Source: Dehalococcoidia bacterium (GTDB lineage Bacteria > Chloroflexota > Dehalococcoidia > GIF9 > UBA5629). From it: a DNA stretch of 50,644 nt. The notes beneath the pieces were generated by a model. That model saw nothing but the letters and a program-made list of their open reading frames with translations. It was not told the origin of the DNA and made no database searches. Location of the stretch: the NCBI GenBank assembly GCA_034433775.1, contig DAOUAI010000149.1:1-50644 (forward strand), read 5' to 3'. Each line of letters starts with the position of its first letter. The first letter of the stretch is position 1. Made by a program: the position numbers and the translations under genes. Positions 44,192 through 50,644 of the stretch are shown here, in pieces.

Positions 44192-45367
44192 ATGGTCAAG
44201 GACAAGGTTGTGGTACTCGGGGTGACAGGCAGCATAGCGGCTTATAAAGCGGTGGAACTGGCGAGCCAGCTAACACAAGCAGGGGCCAGGGTGGATGTCA
44301 TTATGACCGAGGCAGCTACCCAGTTTGTCACACCGCTCACCTTCCGTAGCGTAACGGGTCGACCTGTGGTCACAAAGATGTTTGAGCTATCCTCTGAGTA
44401 CAGTATAGAGCATGTATCACTGGCTGAGGCGGCTGATGTGGTGGTCATAGCGCCGGCAACAGCAAACACGATCGCTAAAATAGCTGCCGGCATGGCGGAT
44501 GATATGCTCTCTTGCACCGTTCTGGCAACAAAAGCACCCGTGGTCGTCGCGCCAGCTATGGATGTCAATATGTACGAAAATCAGGTGACGCGGGAGAACC
44601 TGGCTAAGCTTAGGGCACGCGGTTTTACCATTGTGGGACCGGGTTATGGAAGACTGGCTTCGGGCAAGATGGGGCTGGGACGGCTGGTGGATGTTAATGA
44701 GATTATGGGGACTATTTCTCAGGTGCTGGGCAGGAGCGGCGATTTGTCCGGTAAATGCATTGTGGTCACTGCCGGAGGTACACAGGAGCCGCTTGACCCG
44801 GTGCGCTGTCTGACTAACCGTTCTTCAGGCAAGATGGGCTATGCCCTTGCTGAGGCTGCCAGAGACCGTGGTGCGCAGGTGGTACTGGTGACTGCCCCCA
44901 CAGCGCTGGTCAAGCCATTTGGTGTGGAAGTGGTGGAAGTAATTACAGCCCAGGAGATGTATGAGGCGGTGAAGATGGCTGTGGAGAGGGCTGATGTGCT
45001 GATAATGGCAGCGGCAGTAGCCGATTATCGTCCCAAGAAAGTTGCTGAAAGCAAGATAAAGCGCGAGAAAGCGGACAGCCTGACTCTGGAGCTGGAGAGG
45101 ACGCCTGATATCCTCGGTAGCGTAAAGGGGGACTTCCTCAGAGTTGGTTTTGCTGCCGAGAGTGAAGACCTGGTAGCTAATGCCAGAGAGAAGCTAAGGA
45201 AGAAGCAGCTCGATTTGATTGTTGCCAATGATGTCTCAGCCGTAGGCGCTGAGACCAACAGGGTGGTGATAATCGATAAATCGGGCGACATCGACAAGTT
45301 ACCCACACTACCCAAGCGAGAGGCAGCGGACAAAATCCTGGACAAGGTGGTAAGACTGTTAGGCTGA
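44192..45367 (+). CDS. coaBC: Bifunctional phosphopantothenoylcysteine decarboxylase / synthetase
   Basis: Flavoprotein N-domain (VLGVTGSIAAYK, PATANTIAK) and a CoaB C-domain (NRSSGKMG, AAAVADYRP). Confidence 0.9.
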   Translation: MVKDKVVVLGVTGSIAAYKAVELASQLTQAGARVDVIMTEAATQFVTPLTFRSVTGRPVVTKMFELSSEYSIEHVSLAEAADVVVIAPATANTIAKIAAGMADDMLSCTVLATKAPVVVAPAMDVNMYENQVTRENLAKLRARGFTIVGPGYGRLASGKMGLGRLVDVNEIMGTISQVLGRSGDLSGKCIVVTAGGTQEPLDPVRCLTNRSSGKMGYALAEAARDRGAQVVLVTAPTALVKPFGVEVVEVITAQEMYEAVKMAVERADVLIMAAAVADYRPKKVAESKIKREKADSLTLELERTPDILGSVKGDFLRVGFAAESEDLVANAREKLRKKQLDLIVANDVSAVGAETNRVVIIDKSGDIDKLPTLPKREAADKILDKVVRLLG

Positions 45368-45410
45368 TGCGCTTCCTTCCATCCAATAAACCTTCTCTTG
45401 GAGTTGGCGT

Positions 45411-48125
45411 ATGAGCGAAATACCGAAGGCTTATGAACCGGCACAGGTAGAACAGCGGTGGTACCGCTTCTGGCTGGAGCAGGGCTATTTCACACCGAAG
45501 ATAGACCGCAGGCGTAGACCATTCGTCATCATCATGCCACCGCCCAATGTCACCGGTGAACTTCATCTGGGGCATGCTCTGACAGCGACCCTGGAAGATA
45601 TCATGGTCAGGTGGCACCGCATGAGGGGCGAACCAACGCTGTGGTTGCCTGGCGTTGACCATGCCGGCATCGCCACTCAGGTGGTGGTAGAGCAGAAGCT
45701 TGCCCAGGAGGGACTCGAGCGCCATAAACTGGGAAGGGAAAAGTTTCTAGAGTATGTCTGGGAGTGGGTGAAGAAGTCGCGCAGTGCCATTACTTACCAG
45801 CACCAGCGTTTAGGGGCGTCCTGTGACTGGACGCGTGAGCGCTTTACACTCGATGAAGGACCAAGCCGGGCGGTGCGCACTGCCTTCGTTCGCCTTTACA
45901 ATAAAGGTCTGGTCTACCGCGGTGAAAGGCTGATAAACTGGTGCCCCCGGTGTCTTACCGCACTTTCTGACCTCGAGGTGCAGCATAAAGATATTACTGG
46001 CAACCTCTATTACATGCGCTACCCGTTTGCAGACGGTGGCGGTTTTATCACTGTGGCAACTACTCGCCCCGAGACATACCTCGGCGACACTGCGGTAGCG
46101 GTGAACCCAGATGACGAGCGTTTCAGAGCGGTGGTCGGGAAGAAGGTGGTATTACCGGTCATCAACAGAGCGATTCCGATAATTACCGATGCGGCTGTTG
46201 ACCCGTCTTTTGGCACCGGTGCGGTGAAGATAACGCCAGCCCATGACCCTGTGGACTTTGAGATATCGGAGAGACAAGGGCTACCGCTGGTGAATGTGAT
46301 GAACCCTGATGCCACCATGAATGAGGGGGCTGGACCCTATGCTGGACTCGACCGTTTCGCGTGCCGGAAGAGGGTGGTGGCAGATTTCGAGAAAGCCGGG
46401 CTGCTGGAGAAAATAGAGCCATACTCGCATTCTGTGGGGCATTGCGACCGTTGCCAGACAATGGTCGAGCCACTGGTCAGCAAACAATGGTTTGTCCGCG
46501 TGGCGCCGCTGGCTGAACCAGCGATAAAAGCAGTTACCGAAGGGCAGATAGTAATTATCCCTGAGCGTTTCACCAGAGTCTACCTTAACTGGATGGAGAA
46601 TATCCGTGACTGGTGTATCAGCAGGCAACTATGGTGGGGACATCGTATCCCGGTGTGGTACTGCCATAAATGTGACAGCTTGACCGTCTGTGTTGACGAG
46701 CCTACAAATTGCCAGCACTGTGGCTCGGCGGAAATCTTTCAAGACCCGGATGTACTTGATACATGGTTCAGTTCTGCCCTCTGGACGCATTCCACGCTGG
46801 GCTGGCCGGATAATACCGAAGACTTTCGTTATTTCTATCCCACCACGGTTATGGAGACGGGGTATGACATCCTGTTTTTCTGGGTAGCGCGGATGATCAT
46901 GATGGGGCTGGAGGACACTGGCAAGGTGCCCTTCAGGGTCGTCTTTCTCCATGGGCTCATCCGTGATGAGAAGGGCGAGAAGATGAGCAAGATGCGTGGC
47001 AATGTGCTCAACCCTACCGAACTCATTGACCGGTATGGTACCGATGCCCTGCGCTTTGCTGTTACAGTGGGCACGGCACCGGGCAATGATGTGAACCTGG
47101 GCAGGGACCGGCTTGAAGCCGGACGCAATTTCGCTAATAAGCTGTGGAATGCGGCGCGTTTTGTCTTCAGCAGTCTTGATGCGGAGCCAGCGAAGGCTAA
47201 TGGAGTCTTGTCTGACTTGGCGTTGCTGGCACGGGTGCAGGGTGTCGACATATGGCGGGCTCTGGTCAAGGCGTCTGCTAGCCATGTGGAGGACTGCTGG
47301 ATTGTAAGTCGGCTCCATCGCCTCATTCTTAAAGTGGACGAACTTCTCTCCGACTACCAGTTCGGTGAGGCGGAGCGCCACATTCACGATTTCTTCTGGG
47401 GCGAGTTTTGTGACTGGTACATCGAGATAGCTAAGATACGCCTGTCCCATCCCAACTCCTCGCCATTACCATTCCTGGCTCTGGTGCTGGAGACAGTCTT
47501 GCGTCTTTTGCACCCATTTATGCCTTTCGTAACTGAAGAGCTATGGCAGGGCTTGAAGGAGCGGTTGCCCAAAGGGATACTGACTGCTCCTTCGATAATG
47601 GTGGCTGATTACCCCACAGCTTACAGGAAGGCTATTGCCCCCGAGGCTGAGCGGGTGATGGAGGCAGTTATAGAGATAGTCCGCGCGATACGCAATGCGC
47701 GGGCTGAGCATAAAGTGCCAGCAGGTAAGTGGATAGGGGCACGTGTCTATGCCGATGAACTCAAGTCAGCCATTTCCTCTCAGTCTAAAGCTATAGAGAC
47801 GCTGGCTAGAGCGAAGCCCTTGGCGGTCCTGGACCGACAGGAGAGGCGGAAAGGAAAAGAGAAAGGGCTGGTGATGGTGCTTAAGGAAGTGGAGGTTGTC
47901 CTGCCCTGGGAGGGCATGGTAGACGTGGTGGCTGAACGGCAGCGTCTGGAAAAAGAAATCAGCACAGTGCGCTCAGAAATTGCCCGCCTCGAGGGGCGGT
48001 TGAAAGACGAGGCGTTTATCTCCAGAGCGCCGGCTGTGGTGGTGGACAAAGAGAAACAGAAGTTACAGGTTTATCAGGACAAGCTGGGAAGGTTAGAGCA
48101 GGAGCTGGAACAGCTCAGACCTTAA
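45411..48125 (+). CDS. valS: Valine-tRNA ligase
   Basis: HLGH (PPNVTGELHLGHAL), the KMSKM loop, an editing domain and a C-terminal coiled coil. Confidence 0.95.
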   Translation: MSEIPKAYEPAQVEQRWYRFWLEQGYFTPKIDRRRRPFVIIMPPPNVTGELHLGHALTATLEDIMVRWHRMRGEPTLWLPGVDHAGIATQVVVEQKLAQEGLERHKLGREKFLEYVWEWVKKSRSAITYQHQRLGASCDWTRERFTLDEGPSRAVRTAFVRLYNKGLVYRGERLINWCPRCLTALSDLEVQHKDITGNLYYMRYPFADGGGFITVATTRPETYLGDTAVAVNPDDERFRAVVGKKVVLPVINRAIPIITDAAVDPSFGTGAVKITPAHDPVDFEISERQGLPLVNVMNPDATMNEGAGPYAGLDRFACRKRVVADFEKAGLLEKIEPYSHSVGHCDRCQTMVEPLVSKQWFVRVAPLAEPAIKAVTEGQIVIIPERFTRVYLNWMENIRDWCISRQLWWGHRIPVWYCHKCDSLTVCVDEPTNCQHCGSAEIFQDPDVLDTWFSSALWTHSTLGWPDNTEDFRYFYPTTVMETGYDILFFWVARMIMMGLEDTGKVPFRVVFLHGLIRDEKGEKMSKMRGNVLNPTELIDRYGTDALRFAVTVGTAPGNDVNLGRDRLEAGRNFANKLWNAARFVFSSLDAEPAKANGVLSDLALLARVQGVDIWRALVKASASHVEDCWIVSRLHRLILKVDELLSDYQFGEAERHIHDFFWGEFCDWYIEIAKIRLSHPNSSPLPFLALVLETVLRLLHPFMPFVTEELWQGLKERLPKGILTAPSIMVADYPTAYRKAIAPEAERVMEAVIEIVRAIRNARAEHKVPAGKWIGARVYADELKSAISSQSKAIETLARAKPLAVLDRQERRKGKEKGLVMVLKEVEVVLPWEGMVDVVAERQRLEKEISTVRSEIARLEGRLKDEAFISRAPAVVVDKEKQKLQVYQDKLGRLEQELEQLRP

Positions 48126-48807
48126 ATGGCTTGAGTCCTTTGGCTTTCATATCCCGCTGTATCTTCAGCAGCGCCTTTTTGGTATCGCTGGCGACCCGTG
48201 ACTTATCAGTCCTGCTGACACGGTATTTGAACAGCCAGTAGGTAAATTCCCTGAATTCGGCGAGGGTAAGGGACTTGCGTTTTCGGATATGCTTTTCTCT
48301 CCTGAAATTGCTGAACAAGGCTTCACGGCTGGCACCATAAGTCCTGCGGAAAGCTTTGTCCAGCACCTCGTTCTCGTTGGTGAAGCCCAGTGCTGACTGC
48401 TCCTTGCGGACTTCTTCCACTGCTGCTCTCAGCAGTGCCTCCTCAACGAGGACGCCGTAAAGGTAGTTTAGATAGGCACGGTATTTGGCTGGTCCGATAA
48501 GCCCCTTAAATTCCTCATGTTTGAGTTCAAGTGGCGGCTGGTCAAAGAAGAGGAGGTTGATTTTTTCCTGCTCAGGGACGTGGTCAGCGATTTCTTCAAG
48601 GAGACGCTCTGCCAGCAACAGCCAGTCAAAAGCTTCACCGGCGATAAGATAGCGGTAATGACGCCCCTTGTGCTCCTCTTCGGAACTTTTCCACAGCTTT
48701 ATAGCTTCAAGGAGGGCGATATACCAGTGTTTGCCCTCTGCCACCGAGCGCTTTAGGTGTTCGATGGCTTTGACATCAGCCTCGTTCTTCGGGGTCCCCT
48801 GTGTCAT
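48115..48807 (-). CDS. Hypothetical protein (230 aa), downstream of and co-oriented with polX
   Basis: ORF starts 9 nt after the polX stop. Its 3' end overlaps the convergent valS by 11 nt. No motif recognised. Confidence 0.6.
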   Translation of the reverse strand: MTQGTPKNEADVKAIEHLKRSVAEGKHWYIALLEAIKLWKSSEEEHKGRHYRYLIAGEAFDWLLLAERLLEEIADHVPEQEKINLLFFDQPPLELKHEEFKGLIGPAKYRAYLNYLYGVLVEEALLRAAVEEVRKEQSALGFTNENEVLDKAFRRTYGASREALFSNFRREKHIRKRKSLTLAEFREFTYWLFKYRVSRTDKSRVASDTKKALLKIQRDMKAKGLKPFKV

Positions 48808-48816
48808 CTCAATTTA

Positions 48817-50535
48817 TCAATGGCGCAGGAAAGCCAGGACTTCTTCGAGAGGTCTGGTGTTGAGCACGTCTTCCGCCTGGCACCAGCCACGGCGGGCGAT
48901 GCCGATGCCGAAGCGCATGAAGCCAAGCTGTGCAGTGCTGTGGGCATCGGTGCCAATGGCTAACTTAATGCCCAGCTCCCGAGCCCGGTATATGTGGGTA
49001 TCTTTTAAGTCAAGTCGGTCGGGCATGGCGTTTATCTCCAGAGCCTTGTTGTTTCTGGCGGCGGCTTTGAACACCGCTTCAATATCCACAGCCGACGGTT
49101 CTCGCTCGCCGATGAGACGACAGGTGGGGTGGGCGATTATATCCACGTGGGGGTTTTCGATGGCATTGAGCAAGCGCCTGGTTATCTGTTCCTCGCTTTG
49201 GGTCATTGCGGAATGAATGGCAGCGATTACCACATCCAGCTCGGCTAGCAGTCCATCTGGCAGGTCGATGGTGCCATCTGCGCGTATATCCACCTCTATG
49301 CCAGTGAGGATGTGGAAGTCTCCTAGCTTCTGGTTCAGTTGCTTTATCTCTTCTATCTGCTGCCTCAGGCGCTCCTCGTTAAGTCCTTTGGCTATACCGC
49401 GTCCTGCTGAATGGTCAGTGATGGCTATGTACTTATAGCCGAGCGCTTTAGCCGCCCTAGCCATAGCTTCTATAGTGTCATGTCCATCGCTCCATTTGGT
49501 ATGCACGTGAAAATCGCCTTTAATATCTGAAATTTCGATGAGGCGGGGTAGGGCGCCCTTTTCGGCAAGTTCGATTTCTCCCTGGTCCTCCCTTATCTCA
49601 GGTGGAATATACTGCAAGCCAAGGCGGTGGTAGAAGTCCTCCTCGGTGGCAAATTTCTCCAGCTTGTTAGTGGAGAGGTCGGTTATCCCGTATTCGCTGA
49701 GTTTCAGCCCCTTTTTCTGTTCTTTGGTACGCAGGGCGATGTTATGTTGCTTGCTGCCGGTGAAGTACTGGAGGAGGGAGCCGAAGGAATCGTGTTCCAC
49801 CATTCTCAAGTCAGCTTGAAGTCCGCCGGGGAGGATAACGCTGGCTTTGGTAGGACCCTGTGCCAGCACCTGTCGGACCTGGGGCAAGGATACGAAAGCT
49901 TTGATAACCTCTTCGGGGTTATCGGCAGTGCCCATGAGGTCGATATCGCCCACCGTTTCTCTGAAGCGGCGCAGACTGCCGGCTGCGGTAAGGTTTTTCA
50001 CGCCGGGGATGGTGCGTAAAGCGTTTAGCACCTCATCCACCACGGGCAGAGCCTCACCGATGGGGATCCGCTGGTCTTTGCGGCGCAGTGCCTGTATTTG
50101 CTGCAGGATGTTCTCGGCGGTCTTCTCGCCGAGACGGAAGAGTTTAGCCACCTTGCCTTCCTTGATGGCTTGCTCCGGTTCATCCACAGTTTTAATGCCC
50201 AGCTCGGTGGACAACTTCTTTGCCGTTTTGGGACCGATGCCTGGGATTTCCAGCAGAGCGGTTATACCTTCAGGGAACTCCGCCTTCAGTTCTTCATAGA
50301 CTCGAAGCTTGCCTGTGGTGACCAGCTCGGTGATCTTCTTAGCTATGGCTTCGCCGACGCCGGGTATATTCTGGAGGTCTTCGCCCTCCTCGACCATTAT
50401 TTCCAGCTCTTTAGGCAAATGCTCGATAGCTCTGGCTGCGCGCTGGTAAGCCCGTATCTTAAAGGGGTTTTCCCCTTTAAGTTCCAGGAGGTCAGCCATA
50501 TCCTGGAAGACCTTAGCGATCTCGGTGTTTTTCAT
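48817..50535 (-). CDS. polX: Family X DNA polymerase with C-terminal PHP phosphoesterase domain
   Basis: HhH motifs (IPGVGEAIAKK, IPGIGPKTAKK), palm GSLRRFRETVGDIDL and PHP motif DFHVHTKWSDG...ITDHS. Confidence 0.9.
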   Translation of the reverse strand: MKNTEIAKVFQDMADLLELKGENPFKIRAYQRAARAIEHLPKELEIMVEEGEDLQNIPGVGEAIAKKITELVTTGKLRVYEELKAEFPEGITALLEIPGIGPKTAKKLSTELGIKTVDEPEQAIKEGKVAKLFRLGEKTAENILQQIQALRRKDQRIPIGEALPVVDEVLNALRTIPGVKNLTAAGSLRRFRETVGDIDLMGTADNPEEVIKAFVSLPQVRQVLAQGPTKASVILPGGLQADLRMVEHDSFGSLLQYFTGSKQHNIALRTKEQKKGLKLSEYGITDLSTNKLEKFATEEDFYHRLGLQYIPPEIREDQGEIELAEKGALPRLIEISDIKGDFHVHTKWSDGHDTIEAMARAAKALGYKYIAITDHSAGRGIAKGLNEERLRQQIEEIKQLNQKLGDFHILTGIEVDIRADGTIDLPDGLLAELDVVIAAIHSAMTQSEEQITRRLLNAIENPHVDIIAHPTCRLIGEREPSAVDIEAVFKAAARNNKALEINAMPDRLDLKDTHIYRARELGIKLAIGTDAHSTAQLGFMRFGIGIARRGWCQAEDVLNTRPLEEVLAFLRH

Positions 50536-50644
50536 CCCATGTCCCCGAGTCCAAGTTTTCTAGCTTGTTCGCTCGTCCAGTCCCACTCAGGGTTTTCGCG
50601 CTCAAAGAATGGCTCAAAGTACTCCTTAAGCCATTCGTAGTATT
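50532..50644 (-). CDS. 3' end of an unidentified gene (C-terminus ...YYEWLKEYFEPFFERENPEWDWTSEQARKLGLGDMG); stop overlaps the polX ATG (ATGA)
   Basis: Open frame runs to the window edge and is translationally coupled to polX. Confidence 0.5.
   Translation of the reverse strand, partial: YYEWLKEYFEPFFERENPEWDWTSEQARKLGLGDMG

Noticed and set aside
46629-47450. Long antisense ORFs inside well-supported genes. Examples: 273 aa opposite valS, 36093-36650 opposite pyk, 14980-15510 opposite trkA/pheA, 6668-7222 opposite copA, 20189-20695, 10398-10874
   Set aside because: Their translations are low-complexity and rich in Ser, Arg and Pro. They lack SDs and motifs, and they fully overlap genes with unambiguous family signatures. 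These are typical shadow frames of moderately GC-rich coding DNA.
1-50644. Search for CRISPR arrays, IS elements, integrases, phage or defence-island genes, and long direct repeats
   Set aside because: Nothing of the kind was seen. Intergenic regions are short, and every long ORF has a housekeeping, stress or unknown non-mobile character. This was a by-eye scan, so short dispersed repeats could have been missed.

Overview
The window is a densely coded bacterial chromosomal segment of about 53 protein genes and 2 tRNAs. I saw no transposase, integrase, phage gene or CRISPR array. It looks like core genome from an anaerobe. A bacterial Elp3, a SufCB-only Fe-S system and a flavodiiron/rubredoxin oxygen defence suggest a Dehalococcoidia-like Chloroflexota lineage, but this is inference only.

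Layout:
- 1-10.3 kb: a single-strand oxygen/ROS/metal defence island. Gene order is sufC, sufB, flavin-reductase-rubredoxin, hemerythrin/PAS protein, flavodiiron protein, peroxiredoxin, a 99-aa unknown, copA, a tandem ferritin-like protein, desulforedoxin, SOD and a Rieske protein.
- 10.3-21 kb: mixed housekeeping and unknown genes. These include tRNA-Arg and tRNA-His, an APC permease with Usp and two RCK/TrkA proteins, pheA, a HIT protein, an HExxH unknown, rtcA and an MBL hydrolase.
- 21-26 kb: a GAF-GGDEF-HD-GYP membrane sensor, and a divergent Trm9-like methyltransferase / Elp3 pair.
- 26-33 kb: an Opp/Dpp-type peptide ABC importer headed by a radical SAM gene.
- 33-50.6 kb: a LacD-aldolase / pyruvate kinase / PfkB operon, a PaaK-like ligase, corA, yhhQ, a Mut7-C protein, nnr, coaX, coaBC, valS, an unknown gene and polX.

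Best leads:
1. The peroxiredoxin gene is split in the ORF track by an in-frame TGA that falls exactly at the peroxidatic Cys codon (DFTFV-TGA-PTE). A hairpin follows directly downstream. This points to a selenocysteine peroxiredoxin.
2. An Elp3 plus Trm9-like pair suggests a eukaryote/archaea-type wobble-uridine modification module in a bacterium.
3. A 41-aa desulforedoxin gene, absent from the ORF track, sits directly in front of the SOD gene.

All functional calls rest on motifs read by eye from the translations. No database search was run.
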